A DNA stretch of 64,000 nt. Origin: an uncultured Gammaproteobacteria bacterium. GTDB lineage: Bacteria; Pseudomonadota; Gammaproteobacteria; Steroidobacterales; Rariloculaceae. The stretch covers positions 368,173 through 432,172 of the forward strand of contig CAVOVT010000007.1 of assembly GCA_963699925.1 (NCBI GenBank), in the 5' to 3' direction. Shown here piece by piece: positions 1-11,400 of the stretch. Positions within the stretch are counted from its first letter, which is position 1. Each line of letters begins with the position of its first letter. Position numbers and translations under genes: made by a program. Under the pieces are notes generated by a model. The model worked only from the letters and a program-made list of their open reading frames with translations. It was not told the origin of the DNA and searched no databases.

Positions 1-1132
1 CGCAGATGCGCTGGAAGCGCTCGATGTTCGGCGCTTGGCCCATCACGCCGGCGCTCAAAAAAGCGAACGTGATCTCGCGGACCGGATCCACCCAGAACAG
101 CACGCTGCCCGCGCCGTAGTTGCCGAAGGTCTCCGGCGAGCACAACGTGCCGTAGATCGCGTGGTGCATGCCCTGGCCGCGAATCGCGAAGCCGAGCCCC
201 ATGTAGGCCGGATACGGACGCCAGCCCGCGCGATTGGCCACGGCCTTGTACAGCTCGTTCGGCTTCTCGCCCGTCCAGTTGCGAGTCGCGACCTGCAAGA
301 TCGCGGGCGACAGGATCCGAGCGCCATCGAGCTCGCCGCCGCGGCGCAGCATCTCGGCGAAGCGAAAGAGATCGGGCACACTCGCGATGGCCCCGACCCA
401 CGGCATTTCCGCGTCGGGATCCTCGAACGCGCCGTTGACGCCCGGCACGCGCGAGCTCGGATGCTGCGTCGGCGCGTTGGCCCCGAAGACCGGCACGACG
501 TGACGCGACTTCAGGCGCTCGGGCCGGCCGATCGCCGAGGACGTCATCTGCAACGGGTCGAACAAGTCTTGCTGAGCGATGTCGCGATAGCGGCGACGCT
601 TCGCGTCGGTGCGTCGGATCATCTCGCCGAGCAGCGCGTGGTTGGCGAGTGGGGAGTAGTCCACGCGCTCCTGCGGCTCGGCGGTCGCATGCACGTTCTC
701 GCAAATCGCCTCGATGACGAGATGCAGCTGATCGATGTTCATGCCCGCCTTTGGCGTGAACACGGAAGGCAGCCCCGACGCGTGCGTGAGCAGATCGAAC
801 ACCGTGATGCGCTCGCGAATACCGCCCGAGAATTCCTCGATCACGTCCGAGACTCTCGTCGTGAGCATGAGCTCGCCGCGCTCGATGGCGCGAAACGCGA
901 GAACGTTCGTGATCGCCTTCGTCGCCGAGAAGATGCTGAACACCGAATCCATGCCGAGCGGCTTCGTTCCGTGCCCGCCCTCGTCGCCGATCGCGGCCTC
1001 GATCCCGACCTCGCCTCCGCGCGCGACCTTGAGCACCGCGCCGAAATACCGTCCGCGCGCGATGTCTTCGCGAATGACCGCCTGCACGTGCTCCGAAAGA
1101 TCCCGCCGCCACTTTCCCGTTAGTTGCGTCAT
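1..1132 (-). CDS. serine hydrolase, beta-lactamase/transpeptidase-like family (3' end runs off the window)
   Basis: I translated the reverse strand by hand from the ATG at complement 1130-1132. It reads MTQLTGKWRRDLSEHVQAV...DSVFSIFSATKAITNV (SxxK motif)...GNYGAGSVLFWVDPVREITFAFLSAG. It is open to the window edge, so it is absent from the ORF track. ORF 35..1123 + is its antisense shadow. Confidence 0.75.
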   Translation of the reverse strand, partial: MTQLTGKWRRDLSEHVQAVIREDIARGRYFGAVLKVARGGEVGIEAAIGDEGGHGTKPLGMDSVFSIFSATKAITNVLAFRAIERGELMLTTRVSDVIEEFSGGIRERITVFDLLTHASGLPSVFTPKAGMNIDQLHLVIEAICENVHATAEPQERVDYSPLANHALLGEMIRRTDAKRRRYRDIAQQDLFDPLQMTSSAIGRPERLKSRHVVPVFGANAPTQHPSSRVPGVNGAFEDPDAEMPWVGAIASVPDLFRFAEMLRRGGELDGARILSPAILQVATRNWTGEKPNELYKAVANRAGWRPYPAYMGLGFAIRGQGMHHAIYGTLCSPETFGNYGAGSVLFWVDPVREITFAFLSAGVMGQAPNIERFQRIC

Positions 1133-1149
1133 GTCTCGCCCTTCCACGC

Positions 1150-1968
1150 TCAAGCCGACGCGGCGATGCCGCCGTCGACCTGCAGAACCGCGCCGTTGAT
1201 GAACTCGGCGTCGCGGCTCAACAGGAACGCCACGGCCTTGTCGTTGTCGCTCTCGCGCCCGAGCCGCCGCAGCGGAATCGTTTTCGCGCGGCGCTCGTAC
1301 TCCTCTTTCGAATTCAGACCCATCGCGCCCGGCGTCGGCACGGAGCCCGGCGCGACGGCGTTGACGCGAATCTTGCGCGGGCCGAGCTCGGCGGCCAACG
1401 TTCGCGTGAGCGAAGTGACCGCGCTCTTGATGGCGCTATACACGAGCGTGGTCGGGTAGCCGCGCACGATCACGGGCGAGGACAGATTGACGATCGCGCC
1501 GCCGACATTGGGTCGCATGTGTCGGACGAGCGCCTGCGAGCCCCAGATCGCCGACTTGAAGCCCGCGCCGAGCATCCGATCGACGGTCTCCTCGCTGATC
1601 GATTCGAGCGGCTCGTACTTCAAGAGCGCGGCGTTGTTGATCACGGCGTCGATGCGTCCGCAGCGCCGCGCGAGCTCGGCGGCCATCGCCGCGAACGCCT
1701 CTTGCCGCGCAACGTCGCAAGTGAACGCGTGCGCTCGCCCGCCGGCGGCCGTAATCTTTGCAGTCGTGTCCTCAGCCGAGGCACCGTCGATGTCGGCAAC
1801 GCCGACGACCGCGCCGCAGCGCGCGAGATGCAGCGCAGCCGATCTGCCGAGGCCTCGCCCTGCCCCGGTTATCAGCACGACCTGCTCGGATAGATCGGGC
1901 AACACCTCGCGCACCATCGCCGTCCCCCTAGCTTCGCGATCGGTCGCGAAGGATTGGGACGCGAACAT
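1150..1968 (-). CDS. SDR family short-chain dehydrogenase/reductase
   Basis: The ORF-track protein has VLITGAGRGLG (TGxxxGxG), NNAA and YSAIK (YxxxK). The likely true start is the internal Met MVREV at 1917. Confidence 0.9.
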   Translation of the reverse strand: MFASQSFATDREARGTAMVREVLPDLSEQVVLITGAGRGLGRSAALHLARCGAVVGVADIDGASAEDTTAKITAAGGRAHAFTCDVARQEAFAAMAAELARRCGRIDAVINNAALLKYEPLESISEETVDRMLGAGFKSAIWGSQALVRHMRPNVGGAIVNLSSPVIVRGYPTTLVYSAIKSAVTSLTRTLAAELGPRKIRVNAVAPGSVPTPGAMGLNSKEEYERRAKTIPLRRLGRESDNDKAVAFLLSRDAEFINGAVLQVDGGIAASA

Positions 1969-2117
1969 ATCATGCGACGCATCTACGCGAACGCCGGTGT
2001 GCTCGGACGCCGGGGCCCTGCCGTATACTGGCCGCGCGGGCCGGGGGCGACGCGCGCGCGAGAAGGTCTCATCGCGCGCCCGATTGCCGCTCTCGCCGCG
2101 GACCTTGGGGGGGCCGG

Positions 2118-4500
2118 ATGCAGCGTCGCTGGTTGCTCGTCGCGACAGCGGTCGTCGCGGTCGCGATCGTCGGCGGCGTAGCGCTCCACGATCGCGGCCG
2201 GAACGACGCGGCCGCCGCGCCGTGGCCCGTGCTCGACCAGTACTGCACGGGTTGCCACAACGACGACGACCTCGCCGGCGGCGTGTCGTTCAAGAAGATC
2301 CGCGGCGCCGACGTCGGCAAGAACGCCAAGGTTTGGGAAGCCGCCGTGCGCAAGCTGCGCGCGGGCCTGATGCCCCCGAAGGACGAGCCCCGCCCCGACC
2401 GCGCCGTGCTCGACTCGACCGCGAGCTGGCTCGAGCACGAGCTCGACACCGCGTGGACGCGCAATCCGAACCCGGGCAATAGGCCTCTCGCTCGCCTGAA
2501 CCGAGCCGAGTACGCGAACGCGGTCCGCGATCTGCTCGACTACGACGCCGACGCGCTCGCGGCAACGCTCCCGGCCGACGTCTCGGTCGGTGGATTCGAC
2601 AACATCGCGGCGGCGCTCAGCGTGTCGCCTGCGCTGCTCGAAGGCTATGCGCTCGCGGCGATGCAGATCAGCCGGCGCGCAGTCGGCGATCTTGCGATGG
2701 GTCACAGCGAGACGCGCTACGCGGCCGCCGCGGGCAGCGCTCAGCAACGGCACGTCGAAGGCCTGCCGCTCGGCACCCGCGGCGGGCTGGCCGTCGAGCA
2801 CAACTTTCCGCTCGATGCCGACTACGAGATCTCGGTGCAGGCGTTTCTGCAAACCGCCGGCTGGGACAATCCGACCGGCGCGCTCGTCTGGTGCGACGGG
2901 CCGCGCGTCGAGCTTGCGTTCAACGGCGTGCCGCTCGCGCTCGACGAGCGTCGCCGTATTCGGCTCCGAGTGCCGGCGGGCACGCAGCGGATCACGGCCG
3001 CACTCGTCGACGTGCAACGCTGCGCGGGCGTGAACGAGCTCTACCTCGGCGAGGTCGCGCTCGGCGGCGCGATCGCGGGGCTCGTGATCGACGGGCCCTA
3101 CAACGCGACGGGCGCCGGGGACACGCCGAGCCGCCGCGCGATCTTCGTCTGCCGGCCGAGCTCGGACGCGGACGATGCGCCGTGCGCCGCGCGCATTCTC
3201 GCCCGTCTCGCGACGCGCGCCTTCCGGCACCCGGTTGCAGCGGGCAGTCCCGAGCTCGATCGCCTGCTCGAGTTCTACCGAAGCGGGCGCGGCGGGAGCG
3301 GCAGTTTCGAAGCCGGCATTCAATACGCGCTGTCGCGCCTGCTCGTCGACCCGAGATTTCTGTATCGATTCGAGCGCGAGCCGGCCGACGTCGCAACCGG
3401 CGCCGTCTATCGGATCTCCGACGTCGAGCTCGCGTCGCGCCTCTCCTTCTTTCTCTGGAGCAGCATTCCGGACGACGAGCTGCTCGAGACGGCCGCGGCC
3501 GATCGGCTGCACGATCCGAGCGTGCTCGCACAACAAGTCGAGCGGATGCTCGCCGCGCCGGAAGCGCAGCGCTTCGTCGTGAACTTCGTCGGCCAGTGGC
3601 TGCGACTCCGAGAGCTCGACGACTTTCCATCGCAAGACCCCGAGTGGGACGGGGATCTGCGCGCCGCGTTTCGGCGCGAGACCGAATTGTTGTTCGCGGA
3701 TGCGCTCCGCCAGAGGCGCGACGTCGTGTCGTCGTTGCTCGACGCCGACTATACGTACGTGAACGAGCGCCTAGCGGGACATTACGGGATCTCCGGCGTG
3801 CACGACAGCTACATGCGCCGCGTCGCGCTGCCGCCGGACAGCCCGCGGCGCGGGCTGCTCGGGCAAGGCAGCCTGCTCACGATCACGTCGGCGCCGAACC
3901 GCACGTCGCCCGTCGCGCGCGGCGCGTGGATCGTGCAGAACCTGCTCGGCGCAGCGGTGCCGAGCCCACCGCCCGGCGCCGCGGCCGATTTGGCCAGGGA
4001 AGCCGTCGCGAAGACGAAGCTCGTCGGCGACACGGTGCGCGAGCGTCTCGAGATGCACCGCGCGAATCCCACGTGCGCGGTGTGTCACGCCATCATGGAT
4101 CCGGTCGGGCTCGCGCTCGAGAACTTCGATCTCGTCGGCCGCTGGCGCGAGCAGGAGGACGGCCACGCGGTGAATGCTGCGACGCAGCTGACCGACGGCA
4201 CGCGAATCGCAGGCGCGACCGATTTGCGGCGCGCGCTGCTGTCGCGCTCCGATGCGTTCGTCGCGGCGCTGACCGAGCGGCTCATGACCTATGCGCTCGG
4301 CCGCGAGCTCGAGTACTACGATCGCCCCGTCGCGCGCCAGGTCGTCCGCGAGGCGACCGGCGCACGGCCGCTCGCTCGCCGCGCTCGTGCAAGCCATCGT
4401 CGCGAGCGATTCGTTCCAGAAGCGTGTGAAAACCGGCGTCGAAACGACGACGGCCGCCCGCAACGACGATCTCGTCGTCCGGCGGGCCGATGCGGAGTAA
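2118..4500 (+). CDS. DUF1592/DUF1588/DUF1587/DUF1585/DUF1595-type protein (planctomycete PSD/PSCyt domain family), copy 1
   Basis: It has an N-terminal anchor MQRRWLLVATAVV and CxxCH motifs CTGCH and CAVCH. It also carries RLSFFLWSSIPDDELL and NPTCAVCHAIMDPVGLALENFD. The C-terminus continues in ORF 4291..4500 (SLAALVQAIVASDSFQKRV), which implies one frame change near 4370. It is a paralogue of 42811..45337. Confidence 0.85.
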
Positions 4501-4518
4501 TCTTCCCGGAGCCGAACC

Positions 4519-5807
4519 ATGCGTTACTTGACCGGCAAGCACCTTTCGCGACGCACGCGTGCTGCGCGGCGCCGGCGTCGCGCTCGCACTTCCGCTGCTC
4601 GAGTCGATGATCCCGGCCGGGATGAGGCGCGCGGCGGCGGCCGGCGCGCCGCGTGCGCGGCTCGCCTGCATCTACATTCCGCACGGCTGCATCATGAATC
4701 GTTGGGTGCCCGCCGCGGCCGGACGCGGGTTCGAGTTCCAGCCGATCCTGAAGTCGCTCGAGCCCTATCGCGACCGGCTCAACATCGTGAGCGGCCTCAA
4801 GCTGCCGTCCGCCTACGTCGGCGAGTCGTCTGCGGCCGCGAATCACGGCCGCTCGTCGCAGTGCTGGCTCACCTGTACGCCGCAGGGCACCGGAGCGACG
4901 CCGAGCTCCGTGGACCAGGTCGCGGCGCGCCGGATCGGCCAGGACACGGCGCTGCCGTCGCTCGAGCTCGCGCTCGAGCCCGGCGCGTCGATCGCGTATC
5001 TGACGCCGCAGACGCCGCTGCCGATGGAGGTGAACCCGCGCGTCGTCTTCGAACGCCTGCTCGGCGACGGCAGCACCCCGGCCGAGCGCGCGGCACGTCA
5101 GCGGCAGCTCTCGAGCCTGCTCGACTCGGTCGCGGGCGACGTCGCGGCGTTGAAGCGCGACCTGCCCGGCGCGGACCGCGCGCGGCTCGACGACTACCTC
5201 GGCGACGTTCGCGAGATCGAGCGCCGGCTCGCGCTCGCCGCGGACTCGCCGCTCGCCTCGATCGACGTTCCCGACAAGCCGAACGGCATCCCGGCCGATT
5301 TCGAGGAGCACGCGATGCTGATGTTCGACCTGCTGGTGCTCGCGTGGCGCGCGGACATCACGCGCGATCGCGACGTTCATGGTCTCGCGCGAGCTCAGCA
5401 ATCGCGTCTATCCGAAGAGCGGCGTGACCGAGGGCTTCCACAACGCATCGCACCATTCCGAGATCCCGGCCAACATCGACCGTCTCGCGAAGCTCAACGA
5501 GTACCACACGCGCACGGCGCTCGCGTACTTCCTGCGCAAGCTCGCCGAGCACGCAGGACGGCGACGGCACGCTGCTCGACCATGCGATCGTCGTGTACGG
5601 CAGCGGCATGGCGCAACCCGAATCAGCACGACCACGACCCGCTGCCGATCCTGCTCGCCGGCGGCGGCGCGGGCCGGCTGCAAGGCGGTCGGCACGTGCG
5701 CGCGGCCGAGGGCACACCGTTCGCGAACCTCCTCGTGACGCGTGCTCGGCAAGCTCGACGTGCCGGTCGAATCGTTCGGCGACAGCACCGGCGCGCTCGA
5801 GATCTGA
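4519..5807 (+). CDS. DUF1552 (HxxSHH) family protein, copy 1, with Tat-like signal
   Basis: It reads MRYLTGKHLSRRT then LRGAGVALALPLLESM, then GFHNASHHSEIP (HxxSHH), then NPNQHDHDPLPILLAGGG, then LGKLDVPVESFGDSTGALEI and a stop. The pieces lie in the frames of ORFs 4519, 4559, 5379 and 5593. There are about 5 frame changes, near 4558, 5365, 5554, 5612 and 5741. Confidence 0.8.
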
Positions 5808-5814
5808 GGTACCG

Positions 5815-7542
5815 ATGCGCGCCGCCGCGGGCAACGCAATCCTCGACGGTCTGCTCGTCGCGACCACGCCCGCCGCAACGGCGCTCGTCGCGCTGGTAGT
5901 CGTCGCGCTCACGCCGGGGATCGCGAGCGGCCAAAGCGTTCCGGCGCCCCGACGCGCTGCCGACGCTGAACCGGTCGCGCTCGCACCCTCCGCCGCCGAC
6001 GTCGCAGCGTCGCCGCTCGCTGCCGCCGCTGCGCGCGGCGAACTGGGTACGGTGCGTGAGCTGCTCGACTCTGGAGCCGAGGACGTCGATGCGCCGGATC
6101 GCGACGGCACGCCCGGCGCTGCATTGGGTCGTGCGTCGTCGGCGACGCCGATCTCGTCGCGCGCCTGCTCGCGGCGGGCGCCGAAAGTCGACGGCGCCGA
6201 TCGTCACGGCGTGACGCCGTTGCAAGTCGCGATCGGCGAAGGGAATGCCGAAGATCGTGAGCCGCCTGCTCGACGCCGGCGCCGACGCGAGCAGGCCCGA
6301 CGCGGCCGGCGAGCCGCCGTTGATGCTCGCGGCGCGCGTCGGCGAGCCCGAGCGTCGCGCGCTTGGTGCTCGCGCACGGCGCGGACGTCGACGGCCGCGA
6401 GCAGAGCTTCGGCCAAACGCCGCTGATGATCGCGATGCGCGAAGGGCATTCGAGGCTCGCGAAGCTGCTGCTCGACGCCGGCGCCGATCGCGAACGCGCG
6501 GACGCGCGCCGAGCCGCCGCCGCGCTTCATTCCGCCGAGCGAGTCGCCGCCCGGGCCTGTCGAAAGGCATCGGCATCGTGCGCGCGGGCTGGCCCGAGGG
6601 CCGCGGCAAGCGCTTTCCGGCCGCCGGCTCGAAGACTCCGTTGCTGTACGCGGCGCGCGCCGGCGACCTCGCGGACGACGAAACTGCTCATCGAGCGCGG
6701 CGCGAAGCTCGAGCTCGCCGACGGCAACGGCGTGACGCCGCTGCTCGAGGCGATCCTGAACGCGAACGTCGTTCCGAGTGAAGCGCGAGGGCCGCACCGG
6801 TCACCTCGCCGTCGCGAACGCGCTGCTCGACGCGGGCGCGGACGTCGACGCGATGGACTGGTACGGCGAGACCCCGCTCTGGGCGGCCGTGGACCTGCGC
6901 AACCTCGAGCTCGGCCCCGGCGGACAAGAGCACGGCGTGCGCGACGAGGCACTCGCGCTGATCGACCGGCTGCTCGATGCGGGCGCGAATCCGAACGCGC
7001 GCACGAAGGAGTTTCCACCCGAGCGGCGCTACATCACGACCGTCGTCGGCTCGGTCGCGTGGGTGGACCTCACGGGGCAGACGCCGTTCTTGCGCGCGGC
7101 CGCGGCCGGCGATCTCGAGGCGATGCGCTTGCTGCTCGAGCACGGCGCGGACCCGAACATCGCGACCGCGGCCGGCACGACGCCGCTGATGGTCGCGGCC
7201 GGCGTCAACTGGGCCGTCGGCGAGACGTTCGACGAAGGGCCCGCCGCGTTGCTCGAAGCCGTGAAGCTCGCGCACGAGCTCGGCAACGACGTGAACGCCG
7301 TCAACTCGATGGGCATCGGCGCGATCCACGGAGCGGCGAATCGTGGCGCGAACGACGTGATCGAGTACCTCGCCGCGAACGGCGCGCGGCTCGACGTCGC
7401 CGACAAGCAAGGCCGCACGCCGCTCGACTGGGCAGCGGGCGTGTTCCTCGCGACACATCCGCCCGTCCGCAAGCCCGAGACGATCGCGCTGCTCGAACGC
7501 CTGCAAAAACAAACGGCCGCCGAAGCGACGGCCGCACGATGA
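5815..7542 (+). CDS. secreted ankyrin-repeat protein, copy 1
   Basis: The ATG lies 7 nt after the DUF1552 stop. A signal-like N-terminus (MRAAAGNAILDGLLVATTPAATALVALVVVALTPGIASG) is followed by repeated G.TPL..A......LL..GAD.N units. Fragments lie in ORFs 5593, 6245, 6363 and 6778. There are about 9 frame changes between 6110 and 6775, and the gene is clean from 6778 to the stop. Confidence 0.75.
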
Positions 7543-7567
7543 CTTGAGCGAAACTTAGGGAGTGCAC

Positions 7568-8630
7568 ATGACCGACGACCGACGTTCCGGCGATCGCCGC
7601 CTTGCCACCGATGACGCGAACCCCGGCGACGAGCGCGTCCTCTCACCCGATCGTCGCCGCGTTCTGCGCACGGCGTCGGCACTCGTCGCGGGCGCGACGC
7701 TCGCGCAATCGTTCGGCGGCGCGCGCTCGCGCGCAAGATGCGCGCGCCCGCTTCGGCCGGCCCGGCCGAACCGCTCGAGATCGCGGGCTTCGACGCGCGT
7801 GCGCGTGAAGACGAGCGACGGCACCACGATCCAGCGCCGTCAGCAAAGGCAGCGACAAGCGGCCCGGGTCTCTTGCTGCTGCACGGCGCGCCGCTCACGC
7901 ATTACACCTGGCGCGACGTCGCGCCCGAGCTCGCGAAGCGATTCACCGTCGTCGCGGCCGATCTGCGCGGCTACGGCGACAGCAGCAAGCCGCAAGGGCT
8001 GCCCGATCACGCGAACTACTCGAAGCGCGCGATGGCGCAAGACCAGGTCGACGTGATGAAGCACTTCGGCTTCGACAAGTTCGCGGTCGTCGGCCACGAC
8101 CGCGGCGGCCGCGTCGCGCATCGCATGGCGCTCGATCATCCCGACGCGGTCACGAAGCTCGTGCTGATCGACATCGTGCCGACTTATTACCTCTACACGC
8201 ACGTGACGATCGAGTTCGTGCAGGCGTACTTTCACTGGTTCAACTACCTGCGGCCGTCGCCGGTCCCGGAGAACCAGCTGCTCGCGCAGCGCGACGCGCA
8301 GGCGGCCGCGCGCTCGCCGCAGGTGCAGATCGAGTACCGGCGCAGGAACTCGACGCCCGCCGGCATGCACGCGATGTGCGAGGACTATCGCGCCGGCGCG
8401 TCGATCGATCTCGAGCACGACAAGGCCGACCTCGACAAGAAGATCGCGCTGCCCGCTGAACGTGCTCTGGGCCGACGGCGGCGCGATGGGCAAGCTCTAC
8501 GACGTGCTCGCGATCTGGCGCGAGCGCGCGCGGAACGTCGACCGGCAAGGGCATGCCGGGCGGCCACAACATGCAGGAAGGCGCGCCGGCCGAGGTGCTC
8601 GCCGAGCTGCAGCGATTCTTGAACGCGTGA
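7568..8630 (+). CDS. alpha/beta hydrolase (haloacetate dehalogenase / epoxide hydrolase-like) with Tat signal
   Basis: It has SPDRRRVLRTASALVAGATLA, then GPGLLLLHGAPLTHYTWRDVAPELAKRFTVVAADLRGYGDS, VVGHDRGGRVAHRMAL and MCEDYRAGASIDLEHD. The C-terminus, read by hand, is LNVLWADGGAMGKLYDVLAIWRERA...MPGGHNMQEGAPAEVLAELQRFLNA. There are about 5 frame changes. Confidence 0.75.
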
Positions 8631-8640
8631 GGTAACCGCC

Positions 8641-9106
8641 ATGCAACGCAGAGACTTGCTGACGATGGCCGGCGCTTCGCTCGTGTTGGGCGGCGTTACG
8701 CGCGACGCGCTCGCCCAGGCGGGCGCGCCGGCGGGCGCTCTCGACGCGAAGGTCGTGCGCGTTTACGCGACGCCCGACGGCGGCTCGCGCGTGGAGGAGC
8801 TCACGATCTCGCCCGACGCGAAGACCGATGACCATCACGCGCATGACCGCCGGCGCCTATCGCGGCTCCGGCGCGCGCGCGCCCGACTGGCACAACGCGC
8901 CGCGCAAGCAGTTCGCGATCAACATGACGGGCGAGCTCGAGGTCGAGCTCACGGACGGGACCCGGCGCAAGATCGGCAGCGATCTCGTGTTCCTCGAGGA
9001 CACGACGGGCAAAGGGCACATCACGCGCGCGCTCGGGCCGATCACGAACGTCTTCATCCACGTGCCGGACGACTTCGACGTCGTGGCTTGGGCAAGAGGC
9101 GCGTGA
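8641..9106 (+). CDS. small exported cupin-like protein (Tat-type signal)
   Basis: MQRRDLLTMAGASLVLGG from ORF 8641 joins ORF 8828 (MTITRMTAGAYRGSG...VFLEDTTGKGHITRALG...VFIHVPDDF). There is one frame change near 8825. Confidence 0.55.
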
Positions 9107-9129
9107 TCTCGAGAACTAGGGCCGACGGG

Positions 9130-10193
9130 CTATTTGCCTAAACCGGCCCACGGACCGACCTCGACCTTGCCGGTTGTGTTCCACAGGTCGCCGAGCTCGA
9201 CGCGCACGCCGGTCGCAATGGCGCCCGTCTGTTGCTGGGCCTGGAAGCACGTGAAGTCGGGCCGCTCGCGCCAAGCGAACGGCCCGCACAGACGCTTGCC
9301 GGCGTTGATCGCGGCGTCGTGGACGGCGTTGATCAGCCGCTCGTAGTCGGGCGAGCCCTGCGCGTAGCCCGAGAAGTTGCCGAGGTCGCCGGAGGCGGCG
9401 AAGATCGCGGTCACGCCGGGAATCTTCGCGATCGCCGCGGCGTTCTTCACGCCTTCCAGCGTCTCGATCATCAGGATCAGGACGAGGTTGTCGTTGATCG
9501 TCTGGCGGTAGCCGCCCGGCACGCGCGCCATACATGTCGGCGGCGAACGCGTAGCCGCCGCCGAGGCTGCGCCGGCCGAGCGGCGGGAAGAACGCCCAGT
9601 CGCGGGCCGCGGTGGCCTCTTCGACGGTATCGACGGTCGGCACGACGACGACCAGCGCGCCGCTGTCGAGCGCGTGCTGGATCTCCTTCTCGTTGGTGTA
9701 GGCGACGCGCACGCCCGGCACCGCCCGAGCGTAGGGGCACGCGCCCCACATCTTGGCCGACCTGATCCCAGGTGACCGACGAGTGCTGCATCTCGGTCCA
9801 GATGAAGTCATAGCCGGCGTTGGCCAGCGAGCAGTAGACGGTGGGATCGGTGACGTTGAAGAGCGTGCCGCCGGAGACCTTCTGGCCCGCCATCATCTTG
9901 GCTTTGACCGGATTCCAGATCTTGGCTCCGGCAGGCGCGTTGAAAGCCGGCCCGTATTTCCAGGTCGCGGGATCGAACGGCCCTTGATTGACGCCGTTCG
10001 GCAGCGCCGTCCGAATGGCGCCGCTGTCCTTGCCGGCCGGAGCCGAGAGCGGCGAAGTGACGGGAGGCGACGCGACCGCATACGCGGGCTGCTGACCCGC
10101 TCCCGGGGTCTGCGCCGGCGCCTGCGCGTCGGCCGATGCCGGCGCAGAGGAGATGACCGCGCCGACGACGCTCAAAAGACGGCTGCTTTTCAT
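9130..10193 (-). CDS. HpcH/HpaI aldolase / citrate-lyase-beta family protein with Sec-type signal peptide
   Basis: It starts MKSSRLLSVVGAVISSAPASADA, followed by a Pro/Ala-rich linker. It then reads NPVKAKMMAGQKVSGGTLFNVTDPTVYCSLANAGYDFIWTEMQHS...VVVVPTVDTVEEA...LILMIETLEGVKNAAAIAKIPGVTAIFAASGDLG. The pieces lie in ORFs 9477, 9116 and 9130, so there are at least 2 frame changes. Confidence 0.7.
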
Positions 10194-10347
10194 TCTTGTG
10201 CTCTCCCGGGCGGATGGACGAATACTACGCCTCGGCCCGCAAACCGACTCGCGCGGCGCGCCGGCGGAATCGCGTGACACGAGTTTCATGCGCGACTTTG
10301 CGGCACAATCGTGGACCGTAGTCCCGGCGACCGTCTCTGGGGGGAGC

Positions 10348-11376
10348 ATGCAAGCCAGGCAGTTTCTCGCGACGAGCGCGGCTCTAGTCTTCGCCGCCGC
10401 GCTCGGCGTCGCGCAAGCGCAGCAAGATAGCCGACCGAGGGATTCCACCGCGGACGAGCAGGCCAAGATGCCGACGCCCGGCGGTCGAGCCGCCGCCGAA
10501 GCCGTTCAAGACCGCCGAGGAGCACTACCAATATCTGCTCGACAAGGCGCACGGCGGCACGAAGCACACGATGAGCACGATCCCGGTATGGAGCGGGCTC
10601 TGGGCCGCCGGCAACAACACGATGCCGTCGCTCTTCCTCGTCAACGGCACACTGTCGAACGCGTGGAAGCCCGGGCGCGAAGGTCAAGGAAGGCGTGCTG
10701 ACGCCACCGTACGAGAAGCAATTCAAGGCAGCGGCGAGCCGAGGTCGAGAAATTCGGCGAGCAGCTCTACGACCGGCTCACGAACTGCGAATATCCGGGC
10801 GTGCCGCGGTGGCTCTGGGAGCCGTACGTCAAGGAGTTCGTCAACATGCCGGATCAGTCGTGGTTCATGAACGACATGATGAACGAGACGCGGCGCATCT
10901 ACATCGGCGCGGAGCACATCAACACGGAGGCCAAGCATTTTCCGCTCGGCGACAGCATCGGCTTCTGGGACGGCGACAAGCTCGTGGTCTGGACGAAGTG
11001 GGTCAACCCGGCGGACTACGTGCGCGGCATGCCGCTCACGAGCAACCAGTTCGAGATGGTCGAGACTTGGCAAGAACGGCACAACGCGTCCGGAGCGCGA
11101 ATGCTCGTCACGCAGGTCACGTTCTACGATCCGCTCGCGCTCGTGAAACCGCTGTCGGCCGTCTACACGCACGAGCCGCGGCCCGACCTGCAGAAGGACG
11201 GCGTGCGCATACGCTCGTGGGAATGCGATACGAGCAGCAATTCATACAAGGCGGCCGACGGCAGCACGCAGTTCTATCTGCCGGGCGACCCGCAATACAA
11301 GAATCCGCGCGGCTTCACCGACTTTCCCGATCTGCCGGGCCAGTCGTTGAATCCGATCTTCGATGCGGCGCAGTAG
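10348..11376 (+). CDS. uncharacterised secreted protein, paralogue P1 of a 4-member family in this window
   Basis: A GGGGAG Shine-Dalgarno sits before the ATG at 10348. The protein reads MQARQFLATSAALVFAAALGVAQA, then TNCEYPGVPRWLWEPY and GFWDGDKLVVWTKW. It shares the motifs C..PG.PR and G.W(E/D)G(D/N).LV(V/I) with 29737-30598, 62248-63114 and 63095-64000. There are about 3 frame changes (10465, 10685, 10745). Confidence 0.7.
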
Positions 11377-11400
11377 CTCCAGTTCCTTCAGGTGAGTGAT

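Noticed and set aside
35-1123. A 362-aa ORF on the plus strand.
   Set aside because: It is Arg/Ala/His-rich and low in complexity. It is exactly antisense to a clearly recognisable serine hydrolase (SxxK motif). This is a typical shadow ORF in GC-rich DNA.
1983-3635. A 550-aa minus-strand ORF, and similar long antisense ORFs (4316..5401, 36720..38240, 42724..44355, 59402..60772, 60327..61436).
   Set aside because: All overlap well-supported genes on the other strand. They have Arg/Ala/Gly-rich compositions with no recognisable motifs. They are artefacts of stop-codon scarcity at high GC.
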